Shown one piece after another: positions 10,155 through 20,515 of a stretch of 53,760 nucleotides of DNA (its first letter is position 1; each line of letters starts with the position of its first letter). The DNA is from a virus (lineage: Duplodnaviria; Caudoviricetes), in the IMG/VR virus record IMGVR_UViG_3300046000_006960, positions 1 to 53,760 of that record; one strand, given 5' to 3'. The translations under genes and the position numbers were made by a program. A model generated the notes under the pieces. It searched no databases. It had not been told where the DNA came from and saw only the letters and a list, made by a program, of their open reading frames with translations.

Positions 10155-13100
10155 TTATATAGTGTAGAATATGTTTACTGGGTGTAATACAAACTTATAA
10201 TTATTTGTATTATCAAACTGTAATTTAAGTTTAATGTAGCTACCTCTAATTCTTTCTCTTTTGTTATATTGTCTTGGAATTAGTGCATTCCAATCTCTAA
10301 ACTTTCTACGTAGATTATTATTTCTACCTACTAACAAAGGAGTGACTGCATTACCTATATTACTGTCTTGGTAATCACTATAAGCTCTTATGCCTGTTAA
10401 AGTTTTATCTGGCTGATCTACATTATTTAAATAGCACTCAGACTTAAAATTAACGTTATCAAATATGCAATCTGAATCATATTCAGGATTTACATTTAAA
10501 ACAACATAAGAAGGATAGTATTGTCCAAAAAATTTGTTATACTCTCCGCTGTATTGTTTATATATAGATTTTGAATCTTGAGGTACTGCAAAAAACTTAT
10601 CTCCTCTGCTTATATATCTACTTGGTAAATAATCAAACATAGACACAAAAGCTTTTGAGTTATCATCAAAATTAATAGTAAAAGATTGGTTATCTTGTAA
10701 AAAAGTAAAGAACACTTCATTATTAAGATAATCATATCCAGAAGCTATACCAGCTCTAACTATTGGGTTGTCAACATTAATAAGTGGTTTATTAACATTA
10801 TTGACAAAGTAAGGATGCATTCCTTTTAAATCAGATAACTCGTTTACATCTTGACCTGAACATATATGTAAATTATTATTTATAGTATCATAGAAGTAAA
10901 ATGCAGTAGGAGAATTTACAACGCTCCATTTATTTTTAGTCCCTAATTCAGTAGTAATATATTTATATCTTTCTAATACATTACCAGTACCTAACTGAAC
11001 AGCTATACCATCAGAACCTTGAACTTGTACTCTAGGTTGTATAGATATAAATGCAACTGCATTATCTTGTAAGGTAAATAATTCATCTTTAAAACTATGA
11101 AGATTATTAATTGGTCCAAACTTACCGTCTAAAGTCATAACTTCATTTTGTAATATATCTGTCCAATTATCTATTATTTCTCCAGCAACTTTTACTTTAC
11201 TCACAATAATATTAGTGTCAAAGTTTTTAGCTTTCTTAAAATTGTAGTCAGTATTCCTTCTAATAATTAAATCTGAAGGCTGAGAATAAACATAATTATA
11301 TTTATGGTAGTCTTCATCTTTTATTTGAAATTTAGAATCCCACTCTCCAAAACTTACATCATTTCTATTTTTTAAATCTACAGTTGTTTCAGTCGTGAAT
11401 TCAACTATTTCTTCATATTGTTTAGTTCCTTGATTATTAACATCTGTGTCTTTTCTAACTATCCTTAAAAATCTAAAGTTTTGAACATAAGTATCTCCTG
11501 GGGATTTAATATAATTTGTACTGTTAAATATCTTTTGATAACTACCTATTTCGACATAATTAGTTCTTTTTTTATCTTCCCAGCTATTTCCACCATATAT
11601 ACCTCCTAAATATATTTCATCATTAGTCTTAACCAACTCACCTATTAAACCATTATTATCTCCCGTTATGCCAGAACTTACGGCAATTTGTTCCAAAGAA
11701 AGCCTGTCCCAGTTTTCAGTCACATCTGTATTTGGTCCAGTTACAAATGTAATACATTTATTATTGTCACTATTAACAGAAACAATTCTTCTTCCAAAAT
11801 CACCATCATTAGAATAACTGCTATCTCCATCAGTTAAGCAACTTTGTAATGAATTTGAATATCTGTAGTTTACATCATTATTGTACGTTGTAAAATCTTG
11901 TCCTCTTTCAGTAATTTCAGGTGTTCCATATAAATCATAAATAGTAGTTCCAGATGAAGGATTAAAATAATTAGTAAAAGAAGTAGCAAAAGGAGTAACA
12001 ATAAAATTGTTATTTAAGGATTGTTTCATTAAATCTGTTCCTCCTACAGCATTTTCTAATTTAGCATATAAATTTACTTTTCCATGTAATTCTTGAGTTG
12101 AATTTATAACTAAACAATAAGAGAAAACCCTACTTGGGTTAAATGTTGAAGAAGTAAAAGAGTCATTTCTTTCAATAGAAGAATTTCCAATAACTGCAGA
12201 TAATTCTTCTAAAATATTTTCACCATTTAAATCAGAACATATTCTTACATCGTAAGGAATAGTAGTGTATCCAGTATTTATTAATATGTCATATTTTATA
12301 TTTAATGCATTATAATCTGAATTTAACTTCATAATTATATTTTTATCAAAATAAAATTTATAAATAAGAGTGTATGTTGGGTCAGTTCCAGAAGTTATAC
12401 TTAAAGGATTTGGAATTTGAATTAAATTATTAGACACATAAGTATCTGTAACTTCTATGTTCCCATATCCTCTGTAAAATAAATTTGTTTCCGTAACATT
12501 AGGGTCACTTCCTCCAGGGTGAGCTATTATTCCAGTATCGAGATTATTATATGGATCACCAGTTATGACTCCTATAGAAGAAGAATAAAATGGAGATATA
12601 CCATTATAAGCTTTTGATTCAGTTGTGCCTCCATCACTTATATTAACTTCTTTACTCCAAGAAGCATTATAAACATTTTTTAAAGCTCCTTTAATTTTTA
12701 ACTTTAATCCTGCACTAACAGATATATTATTGTTAAATAATATTTCAGGAGAGTACATTTGAAGCATAGGATTAAACTGCCAAAATTTACCAGATGCATC
12801 TCTATCTCCATAATAAGGAGATGTTACTTCATTTCCAGGATTAGGGCCTCCTCCTACATGCACAAGATTTTCAAGATGGTTACATGTGATTAATGGCCTT
12901 GTATTTCCATAAGAAGAATCTTTGTTAAAATTTCTTAACAATAAATTTGGAAGCTTAGGATCTTCTTTACTGTATTGTTTGATTTGATCAGTAGTAAATT
13001 CTTCCATAGCAGACTTATGATTAAACATCATTGTGCCTAATATTCCATTAGCTATAATAGTTTTATCATTTTGAGTTCTTTCAGCAACTAATATTTTGTA

Positions 13101-14678
13101 TCCAACAGGAATATCATAATCAGATTGAAAATTTGAAGAATTGTTTAACCAAACATAAAAGTCTGATTTTAATGTAGTAGTTAAAGAATTATATTTTTTA
13201 TCTAAATTACCATTTCTTGCTTTAAAATCTGCAATCCATTGAGGTAAAGTTAGTTGACCATATTTATTGTAGAATTGAATAGCTATACGATATATTTCTT
13301 CATCCTTAAAATAAGTAGCATCATTATCTAAAGTGGTAGATTGAGTTAATTCATATTTTATATATTTACCTTCTCCTCCATAAGTTGTGCCATTAAGATT
13401 AAATTTATATAAGTCATAATCTAAATTTATAGAATCTTTTTTATCTTGATAGTTATCAGTAAATGTATTTGTAATAGTTCTCTCTTCCCCAGTTATTCCG
13501 TTAACTACAGGAGTTGTGTCTCCTGGCTCATATTTTTTAATATTATCATAAACTTTACAAACTCCTGAACTATTAAAGCTATATGCTCTAAAATCTTTTT
13601 TAATGTCAAAATTAATTTCTTTATAGTTCGCTTGAAATAATCTATTGAACTTAGAGTTTATGTGCTTTGATATAATTATGTCGGAACCTAAAAATAAAAA
13701 TTCTTCTAAAGATATTGAAGATATTGTTGTTCCATCATCAAATATTTGTATAGCTCCAGAACTTGGTATTTCTGAATCATTTATTATACTTATAGAAGGC
13801 TCTTCGTGATAAGAAGTGTATTTGATTGCATATATCTTTATATGAGTATATGTTTTATCTATATCTTTTATGTTTACAATTGGTATTGTATTCACTTTAG
13901 AATTAACGGCTCCACCACCTAATATTCCATTAGTTAATGAAACCATTTTACTAAATGGAGATAGTTTTGTTTGCGAAGAATTTGATCTATATAAGTTATA
14001 AGCGTATTGTATTCTTCCAGCAGTATGTATTCCTCCAGTTGTTGTAGATAATATAATTGGCTCATTTAAACCATAAGTACCAACCATGTTGATTACATTT
14101 GAAGGAAGATCTATTAACTCTTCTATGTCGCCATTAAATATAGAATGGTTTATATTAATAAATCTCATTTGATATTTTGAATCAACCCAATAAACTTTAT
14201 CTATTTTTTCATTTTCAAAGTTATTTAGCGCTTGTATTGGATTGTTAATACTAAAACCTAGATTTCTTAAATATAACAATCTTATAGAATAGTTTTCATA
14301 ATCTATTGTCCAAATACAATCAAATCCATAATTATCTGTTGTAAATAATATTAATTTACTTCTAGAATTTACATGTCCAACTATTGTTTGAGATAAACTT
14401 TGTTGTGTTGAATTATATTGAGTATTAATTTCGCTATTTATATAACTTAAATTATTACTGCCATAAGTTATTATTTTTGTTGAATAATTTATTACTGGCG
14501 TTGGGATACTTAATACTAATTCGTTACCTTTTTCATTAGTAATAGATCCAGTACTTTGAGTATCAGTAGCTACAATTCTTATGTTACGACCTTCAAAATA
14601 AAAATCATTACTAAATTGTGACTGTGCTACGTCTTGCATCATTCCTTTAAAGGAATGTTTAATTGATTTATTTGACAT
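10155..14678 (-). CDS. Tail stabilisation/muzzle protein (P22 gp10-like, crAss-type)
   Basis: 1507 aa, beta-rich. N-terminal FKGMMQD...EGRNIRI and C-terminal RRKFRDWNALIPR...RIRGSYIKLKL. Position follows the tail ring proteins. Confidence 0.75.
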   Translation of the reverse strand: MSNKSIKHSFKGMMQDVAQSQFSNDFYFEGRNIRIVATDTQSTGSITNEKGNELVLSIPTPVINYSTKIITYGSNNLSYINSEINTQYNSTQQSLSQTIVGHVNSRSKLILFTTDNYGFDCIWTIDYENYSIRLLYLRNLGFSINNPIQALNNFENEKIDKVYWVDSKYQMRFININHSIFNGDIEELIDLPSNVINMVGTYGLNEPIILSTTTGGIHTAGRIQYAYNLYRSNSSQTKLSPFSKMVSLTNGILGGGAVNSKVNTIPIVNIKDIDKTYTHIKIYAIKYTSYHEEPSISIINDSEIPSSGAIQIFDDGTTISSISLEEFLFLGSDIIISKHINSKFNRLFQANYKEINFDIKKDFRAYSFNSSGVCKVYDNIKKYEPGDTTPVVNGITGEERTITNTFTDNYQDKKDSINLDYDLYKFNLNGTTYGGEGKYIKYELTQSTTLDNDATYFKDEEIYRIAIQFYNKYGQLTLPQWIADFKARNGNLDKKYNSLTTTLKSDFYVWLNNSSNFQSDYDIPVGYKILVAERTQNDKTIIANGILGTMMFNHKSAMEEFTTDQIKQYSKEDPKLPNLLLRNFNKDSSYGNTRPLITCNHLENLVHVGGGPNPGNEVTSPYYGDRDASGKFWQFNPMLQMYSPEILFNNNISVSAGLKLKIKGALKNVYNASWSKEVNISDGGTTESKAYNGISPFYSSSIGVITGDPYNNLDTGIIAHPGGSDPNVTETNLFYRGYGNIEVTDTYVSNNLIQIPNPLSITSGTDPTYTLIYKFYFDKNIIMKLNSDYNALNIKYDILINTGYTTIPYDVRICSDLNGENILEELSAVIGNSSIERNDSFTSSTFNPSRVFSYCLVINSTQELHGKVNLYAKLENAVGGTDLMKQSLNNNFIVTPFATSFTNYFNPSSGTTIYDLYGTPEITERGQDFTTYNNDVNYRYSNSLQSCLTDGDSSYSNDGDFGRRIVSVNSDNNKCITFVTGPNTDVTENWDRLSLEQIAVSSGITGDNNGLIGELVKTNDEIYLGGIYGGNSWEDKKRTNYVEIGSYQKIFNSTNYIKSPGDTYVQNFRFLRIVRKDTDVNNQGTKQYEEIVEFTTETTVDLKNRNDVSFGEWDSKFQIKDEDYHKYNYVYSQPSDLIIRRNTDYNFKKAKNFDTNIIVSKVKVAGEIIDNWTDILQNEVMTLDGKFGPINNLHSFKDELFTLQDNAVAFISIQPRVQVQGSDGIAVQLGTGNVLERYKYITTELGTKNKWSVVNSPTAFYFYDTINNNLHICSGQDVNELSDLKGMHPYFVNNVNKPLINVDNPIVRAGIASGYDYLNNEVFFTFLQDNQSFTINFDDNSKAFVSMFDYLPSRYISRGDKFFAVPQDSKSIYKQYSGEYNKFFGQYYPSYVVLNVNPEYDSDCIFDNVNFKSECYLNNVDQPDKTLTGIRAYSDYQDSNIGNAVTPLLVGRNNNLRRKFRDWNALIPRQYNKRERIRGSYIKLKLQFDNTNNYKFVLHPVNIFYTI

Positions 14679-14700
14679 TCTTCAAAAATGTTTTAATTTG

Positions 14701-15387
14701 TTAATGTAAATATTGTATTGTTGTTTTATTTTTTCTATAACCTCTTAAATATTTTGATAACATTTTCATAGGTATATTTAAATCATTAGCACACTCTGTA
14801 ATTGAGTTCCAAATTTTATTTGTTTCAATACATATTACTTTTTTAGACATTTTATTTTCTCCTAATTTTTTTCCAACATTTGAAAACTTTTCATTTTTTC
14901 TAGCAATACTGAGTATTTCTTTATGTTCTTCTGATATTATTTTTCCTTTATTACTAAAAGATATTTTTAATTTAGTTTCATCTGAACAAGGTCTAGTTTT
15001 CATAAAATTACTTATTTGCAACCTTCGCTCAATTGAATTTCTTTTAACTCCTTTATTACCTAAACTTATTTTCTGTTTAGTTTCATTTGATAATTTCCCA
15101 GATTTATCACATGTTTCAGTAAGCTTACAATTTAAACCTTTTACACTTAAAACATCATAATAATCCTGCCAATATCTTTCTTTTTCATTAAGAACATTTA
15201 TATCACATTCTTCAACTATTTCAAATTTATGGCTGTCTATTCCATATTTTAAAAAAGATAATTTAAGTCTTTTATGTGATTTATTTTGATTTATATTTTT
15301 ATAAGAAGAAAATCTTCTATCAATATCAACACTTTGTCCAATATAAATTCTATTTTTTGGAGATATTATTTTATATATTCCTATCAT
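14701..15387 (-). CDS. Free-standing GIY-YIG homing endonuclease with NUMOD3 repeats
   Basis: MIGIYKIISPKNRIYIGQS, ERYWQDYY, SNETKQKIS/SDETKLKIS/SEEHKEILS repeats, KKVICIETNKIWNSITECA. Confidence 0.88.
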   Translation of the reverse strand: MIGIYKIISPKNRIYIGQSVDIDRRFSSYKNINQNKSHKRLKLSFLKYGIDSHKFEIVEECDINVLNEKERYWQDYYDVLSVKGLNCKLTETCDKSGKLSNETKQKISLGNKGVKRNSIERRLQISNFMKTRPCSDETKLKISFSNKGKIISEEHKEILSIARKNEKFSNVGKKLGENKMSKKVICIETNKIWNSITECANDLNIPMKMLSKYLRGYRKNKTTIQYLH

Positions 15388-16139
15388 CTGAAGCGGCGAA
15401 TTCTTTCTTTTTCACCCATTTTCTTAAAGAAGTTTTGATGAGCTGTTGTATTAATAATAAGTTTGTTAATAGAATTCATCATTGATTCCATCATATCTTC
15501 ATTAGGCATTTGCAGAGCAGTATAAGCTGAAGGCATATAGAAATATCTTTTTTGTTGAATATAATCAAACGCTTTGTCCGTTACTTTACCCATCATCCAT
15601 AATGGCTCCAAGTATCTATTTAATACATAGTATTCCATTCCTATCATTACAGTTTCATTGTCAGGTATTAACGGATATCCATCTTCATCTAACATTAAGC
15701 CTTTATAAGCAATCTCAATACATCCTTCTCTCATTGAAGTAAATATAATTCCTTTTTGAATTTTATAGGTAAACTCACTTCTTCTGTGATTACCTCTTAA
15801 ATCAAATTCAGTATCTTGCTCATTTTGATGTTCCGCTGGATCTATATGATAAGTATTTGTGGCCTCTCTCATTGCAATAAAGCTACCTTTCTGACCATCA
15901 TTATTAGAATCTAAATACCTAACTCCATCTATTTTTATAATGTCACAAGGTAATTCTGCTTTGTATGAAACCAAGTCTGTTGAAAAAGTCTTTGTTTCGT
16001 ATGCTGTAGGAGCTCCTAATAATTTAATAAATTCTAGTGCATATTCAGCACATTCTTCATATGTAAGTTCTGAAGCAAGTGGATTTTTTAATATTTTCCA
16101 CATTATTCTTCCTAACGATACGTAATTTCCATTTGTCAT
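15384..16139 (-). CDS. Tail tubular/ring protein (crAss-type)
   Basis: 251 aa with YKAELPCD and IAYKGLMLDEDGYPLIPDN motifs. Directly upstream of the muzzle gene. Confidence 0.7.
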   Translation of the reverse strand: MTNGNYVSLGRIMWKILKNPLASELTYEECAEYALEFIKLLGAPTAYETKTFSTDLVSYKAELPCDIIKIDGVRYLDSNNDGQKGSFIAMREATNTYHIDPAEHQNEQDTEFDLRGNHRRSEFTYKIQKGIIFTSMREGCIEIAYKGLMLDEDGYPLIPDNETVMIGMEYYVLNRYLEPLWMMGKVTDKAFDYIQQKRYFYMPSAYTALQMPNEDMMESMMNSINKLIINTTAHQNFFKKMGEKERIRRFR

Positions 16140-16141
16140 TT

Positions 16142-16672
16142 TTAATATAGTAAAAAGGTGTCGTATTTATCTTTTGTGTCGTCTTTTATTCTTTCACCAA
16201 GAAGTCTGTTAAAACTCCTGCATGATTTAAAGTTGTATAATCTTTTATTCATAAATGGATATATATATTTTTTAAAGTAAACTCTAAATACATATTTTGA
16301 AGTATGAGAATTTGAATATCTTACTAGTAATTTTTTATCTCTAGCTTCTTCATCTTCATTCCACAACTTGTTAGTCTCAACCCAATCAACAGGCGTTGTA
16401 TTTATTAATTTACCATCAACTATCCTAGGTATCCTTTTATCTTTTTTAATACAAAGACTAGCTCCTAAATAAGGCAATACATATTCTAGATTATCCTCAA
16501 TAATAATATCAACTAATTCTTCATTAAATTGAGATATTATTTTGCTATAAATACTTTTACTTATTTTTATATTATCATTATTTTCCTTAAAAAATAAATA
16601 GTAATCTTTTATGCCATAATGAGTTTTAATTTTGCCTTCAGTTCTTTTCTTCTTAGATATCATTATTAGCAT
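16142..16672 (-). CDS. IHF/HU-like DNA-binding protein (crAss late-region family)
   Basis: Basic 176 aa protein with LPYLGASLCIKK and PVDWVETNKLW. Sits between two ring-protein genes, as in crAss-like phages. Confidence 0.6.
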   Translation of the reverse strand: MLIMISKKKRTEGKIKTHYGIKDYYLFFKENNDNIKISKSIYSKIISQFNEELVDIIIEDNLEYVLPYLGASLCIKKDKRIPRIVDGKLINTTPVDWVETNKLWNEDEEARDKKLLVRYSNSHTSKYVFRVYFKKYIYPFMNKRLYNFKSCRSFNRLLGERIKDDTKDKYDTFLLY

Positions 16673-17339
16673 CGTTTTCTTTATCTTCAGGAACAGTAAG
16701 TTGTTTAGTTAACTCTTTAACTATTTCTGATTTTATTAAGTCAATATAATGAGGCTGAATAGGATAGTCAACTGTATTTATATCAAAACAAGGAGTTGCG
16801 TCTGTACAGTTACAGCAATTTGTATAATCTTTTAAATCTAAAGGATCTTCAAAAACTCCAGTTACAGTTATACACTCTAACATGTTTAAACTATCTTCAT
16901 CACTAAGTAGATAGATGTATCTATCATTATCTAAGAACGTAAATATACCTTTACTAAATGGAGAGCTACTACTGTAAACTGCTTTTGCTTTTGTAGTAAA
17001 ATTAAAAGGAACACCTATTCTTTTTGTAGATTTAACACTTGTTATTGCTGATTTTATGTGAAGTTCAATTGGCTTAGGAATTGGCCTTTTTGTTCTTAGA
17101 ATAGTTTCACAATCATAATCTATATTACACTCACTTGCTTTAACTCTTTCCAAGCCCAAACATAATGTTTGAGTTACAGAAATATCAGTAGTCCTTTGGT
17201 AATTATTTAGCTCTTGTCTAAGATATTTAGATCGTTTAAGACCAAATAGATATATTATATATCTATCGTCTATCTCTCCATCAGATGTGTACTGCTTTAA
17301 TTGTTCGCGTACATCATAAATTATTTTTTCTAGTACCAT
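16653..17339 (-). CDS. Tail ring/adaptor protein
   Basis: 228 aa with QTLCLGLERV...C...LRTKRPIP and ITVTGVFEDP motifs. Confidence 0.65.
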   Translation of the reverse strand: MVLEKIIYDVREQLKQYTSDGEIDDRYIIYLFGLKRSKYLRQELNNYQRTTDISVTQTLCLGLERVKASECNIDYDCETILRTKRPIPKPIELHIKSAITSVKSTKRIGVPFNFTTKAKAVYSSSSPFSKGIFTFLDNDRYIYLLSDEDSLNMLECITVTGVFEDPLDLKDYTNCCNCTDATPCFDINTVDYPIQPHYIDLIKSEIVKELTKQLTVPEDKENDANNDI

Positions 17340-17350
17340 TTTTCATTTAT

Positions 17351-17384
17351 AAAAAAAGCTCCCAACTGGTGAGTTAAGAGCTTT
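17351..17384 (-). terminator. Intrinsic terminator after the exonuclease gene
   Basis: Minus strand AAAGCTC...GAGCTTTTTTT. Confidence 0.6.
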
Positions 17385-17392
17385 CGTTAATA

Positions 17393-18325
17393 TTATTTAT
17401 TTAATATGTATTTGTTGTAATTAGTATTTGACATTTCAAACATTCTGTTATTATCTAAATCTTTCATAATTCTTTTAATTGTTCCAGTATTTGTAGTTAC
17501 TGTTTTAATCAATTGTAGATTGTAATTTCCAGATACAGGAGAACTATATTTTACTTCATCATTTAACACTCCAACATGCAATCTTGGATTATCTAGATAC
17601 TGCAACTCGTTATAAACTTTTTCAAGCTGCCTAACATCTTCATCGCAATAATCTAACATATCTTTCATAGCCTCTCTGTCATTCAACATAACCACTTTAT
17701 TCCACAAATCTGGAGTTGTTTGAATTTTTCCTTCAAAACCTAAAAATTTAGAAATATAATCTAGTCTGTTTGAGTTTAAATAAAGTTTAGCTTTTGCAAC
17801 CTTTAAAGTATCAAATTGTTTGTAATTTGGAAGCATTGGTATTCTATGAAATAGAGCTCTAGTTTTTAACCATTTAATATCAAAGTTATCTCCGTTGTGA
17901 GCCACTATTAAATCAGCTTCGTTTAAAACTTCTACAAATTGTTCTATTAAGAATTTATCACATTGTTTATTATCCCATGTTAAATTATAAACCTCATCTT
18001 CGCCTTGCCATTTATAAGAAATACATATAATTGCTCTTTCTTTAATAATTTGATTAGGCATTATGTTTTGTTTATAACCAGCTCTCCAGAACCATCCTAT
18101 GTTAGGACTTGTTTCTAAATCGTATATTAACACTTTAGCTGTTTTAGTTTTTATTTTTAAGGATGTATTCTTAATTTCTTGATTGCATTCTCTTAAGGCT
18201 ATTTTGCAGTTTCCAACTGTAGTTTCAAACCCTTTACTTCTTAAATGATTTCTAAGTCTTTTAGATCCTTCTTTTAAATAACCTGGTTTTGCAATTAAAA
18301 AAGCTTTTATTTCTTGTAAATTCAT
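17393..18325 (-). CDS. DnaQ/RNase H-like 3'-5' exonuclease (DEDD family)
   Basis: ExoI IYDLETS, ExoII AHNGDNFD, ExoIII YCDEDV. Confidence 0.85.
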   Translation of the reverse strand: MNLQEIKAFLIAKPGYLKEGSKRLRNHLRSKGFETTVGNCKIALRECNQEIKNTSLKIKTKTAKVLIYDLETSPNIGWFWRAGYKQNIMPNQIIKERAIICISYKWQGEDEVYNLTWDNKQCDKFLIEQFVEVLNEADLIVAHNGDNFDIKWLKTRALFHRIPMLPNYKQFDTLKVAKAKLYLNSNRLDYISKFLGFEGKIQTTPDLWNKVVMLNDREAMKDMLDYCDEDVRQLEKVYNELQYLDNPRLHVGVLNDEVKYSSPVSGNYNLQLIKTVTTNTGTIKRIMKDLDNNRMFEMSNTNYNKYILNK

Positions 18326-18349
18326 ATAGTATGTTTTATATTTATTTTA

Positions 18350-18380
18350 CAAAGTTACAACAAATATTTGACATTTCCAA
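18350..18380 (-). promoter_or_regulatory. Bacteroidota -33/-7 promoter for the exonuclease gene
   Basis: TTGG-N19-TAACTTTG. Confidence 0.75.
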
Positions 18381-18404
18381 ATATTTTATCACTTTTTTTA
18401 TAAT

Positions 18405-18995
18405 TTATTTTTTTATATTGATAAATCTAAAAGAATATCCAAGATAAATGTTACTATTTGTATCGTATCCAGTACTAAACAAGTCGCCTCTTTTGTTTTG
18501 AAAAAAGATATTACCTTTAGTTCCAAAATTATTTAATTGTAAATTATTAAATGTTTCAAAACCTCCATATAAAGCAAATACTGTTTTCTTTTCAGGCAAC
18601 CTAGCTTTAATTGTTATTGTAGGAGCTATTTTAAGAAGTTCTCCTTTAGTTTCTGTAAAAATAGATACGTCAGCTATACTATCATTAAATTCGTTCTTGT
18701 ATTGTCTTATTTTAGTTGCATTAGCAAACATTTCTAATTTAACACTATCTTTTGCCTTTTCAAAAACTTTAACTTCCACAGTATCAACTCTACCTTTTAA
18801 AAATACAGTATCTCCTTTTATAGTTTTGTATTTAGTTACAAATTTAGTTGCTATTTCTTCTGGAAAATATATTGTGTCATATTGCTTAATTATTTTATCT
18901 TTATAAGTTATCTTATCTCCTTTGCAACTTCTTTGTAAGAACAATAATGTGCATAAAACAAGAATAACTATATAAGGTACATATCTTTTATCCAT
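18405..18995 (-). CDS. Membrane-anchored lysis accessory protein (spanin-like)
   Basis: N-terminal TM helix followed by SC, DTI/DTV repeats and a C-terminal beta-rich end. Directly downstream of the endolysin. Confidence 0.5.
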   Translation of the reverse strand: MDKRYVPYIVILVLCTLLFLQRSCKGDKITYKDKIIKQYDTIYFPEEIATKFVTKYKTIKGDTVFLKGRVDTVEVKVFEKAKDSVKLEMFANATKIRQYKNEFNDSIADVSIFTETKGELLKIAPTITIKARLPEKKTVFALYGGFETFNNLQLNNFGTKGNIFFQNKRGDLFSTGYDTNSNIYLGYSFRFINIKK

Positions 18996-19498
18996 TATTT
19001 AGGTAGTCTTTTTATAACAGATTTCATTACCTGTTTTAATTGTTCTGCATAATCAGGAGCGGTTGCGTAACCAGCCTTTGCGATTTCATCAAAAAATAAC
19101 GTAGGTGTATTTTTTACTTTTATAGCTTTTGCGTATCTAGGATTCTTTAAAAAGAAATTAACATGATCTGTAAATGCTAGCTCAGCAGAAGGATATTTTC
19201 TAAAATAATCTTTTACTGTATACTTAAATTTATTTCCTGCTTTTACAATTTTTAATATTACAGGAAACTTAACTTTATCAGTAGACAAATACTCCGTTGT
19301 TGTAATTAATTGCTCATTACCATTTACTCCATCAGTATCTTTAATACCAAAGAAGTTGTTTCCCACAGCCTTCTGACCCCAGCCACTCTCAAGCGCACCC
19401 TGAGTCAGAGGTATGAGGTAATGAAATCCTGTTTTAGCCTCTACTTTTTTAGCTTCTGGCAAATATGTTTTTACAAATTCTTCTGGTGTAATATTCAT
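18995..19498 (-). CDS. Endolysin, GH73 glucosaminidase (FlgJ-like)
   Basis: QGALESGWG, NNFFGIK and GYATAPDY motifs. Confidence 0.9.
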   Translation of the reverse strand: MNITPEEFVKTYLPEAKKVEAKTGFHYLIPLTQGALESGWGQKAVGNNFFGIKDTDGVNGNEQLITTTEYLSTDKVKFPVILKIVKAGNKFKYTVKDYFRKYPSAELAFTDHVNFFLKNPRYAKAIKVKNTPTLFFDEIAKAGYATAPDYAEQLKQVMKSVIKRLPK

Positions 19499-20109
19499 AT
19501 TAAAAATTTTAAAGATGTTTTATTTTTATTTTGTCCTATTAACATTGCTGTTAAAGTTGTTCTTTTCATATTAAAAAATTCAGCAGCTATAGAGGAACTT
19601 TCAAATATTTTATTTGTACAAGTATCTATTACTTTTTTAGCAGATGGATTTTTACCTCCTTTAGTAGCTTTTGAAATATTAGATCTCCATTCATTAGAAA
19701 ATACCTTACCTTTCATCCAAATGTTTTTACCTTTAAAGGCTTTTGATCTTTTTTGTTTTTCATCATCAGACATTTTATGTCCAGAACAACCTTTCCCTCC
19801 TTTAGATATATTACATAATTTATTTCCAGATTTTATGTAATAATCAATCCAATAAATTTCTCTGTCTTCCCATTTTTCTAAACACTCTTCTATTATTTCC
19901 ATAATTGGTTTTTTACCATCTTTTAAAAAAGTTAATAACCAGTTTGATAAATGTTTACTTTTTGAGTTTAATTGTATTTTGTAATTAGAATGTTGTATAT
20001 ATCTTTTTTTTGGCTCAATAGATTTTCCAACATATTTAATTTCTAATGTATCTGGATGTTTTAATATATAAATATATGTAATTTTATTATCACATTCTTC
20101 TGGTGTCAT
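19495..20109 (-). CDS. Free-standing GIY-YIG homing endonuclease inserted in the lysis cassette
   Basis: YIYILKHPDTLEIKYVGKS, REIYWIDYY, LCNISKGGKG, KKVIDTCTNKIFES. Confidence 0.85.
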   Translation of the reverse strand: MTPEECDNKITYIYILKHPDTLEIKYVGKSIEPKKRYIQHSNYKIQLNSKSKHLSNWLLTFLKDGKKPIMEIIEECLEKWEDREIYWIDYYIKSGNKLCNISKGGKGCSGHKMSDDEKQKRSKAFKGKNIWMKGKVFSNEWRSNISKATKGGKNPSAKKVIDTCTNKIFESSSIAAEFFNMKRTTLTAMLIGQNKNKTSLKFLI

Positions 20110-20504
20110 TATTTTGTTTTTTTGTATTTATCTAATTCTAACTTTAGTTTTTCACAAAACAACTTTAATGCTTCGTGATCTCTAGCTAAAGCTTCGTGTT
20201 TCTCCATTAACTGTCTATGAAGTTTTTCCCAATTTTGAGAAACTTCAACTTCTCTTGCGTAGGCCAATTGAATAGTGTTAAATTGATCTTGTAAACTTCT
20301 TAAATCTGATTTAAAATCTTTAATTTCAACTTTAAGACTTTCTCTATCTTCTTTTAATTCATCAACTAATCCACTATATATTGCTTCAACTTTAGTAAGA
20401 AAATCAGCTTTTGAATTTTTCTTATTAAAAAGATAATTAATAATTGTAGTAATAGTTCCTGTACCTACTATGCTTTGCCAGTTTTGAGAAAACCAATCGT
20501 TCAT
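20109..20504 (-). CDS. Putative holin/lysis membrane protein with coiled coil
   Basis: N-terminal hydrophobic segment plus a long coiled coil. Upstream of the endolysin. Confidence 0.45.
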   Translation of the reverse strand: MNDWFSQNWQSIVGTGTITTIINYLFNKKNSKADFLTKVEAIYSGLVDELKEDRESLKVEIKDFKSDLRSLQDQFNTIQLAYAREVEVSQNWEKLHRQLMEKHEALARDHEALKLFCEKLKLELDKYKKTK

Positions 20505-20515
20505 TTTTATTTTTT

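Noticed and set aside
5599-20109. Group I introns around the three GIY-YIG genes
   Set aside because: Flanking genes are complete and abut the nuclease ORFs, leaving no room for an intron core.
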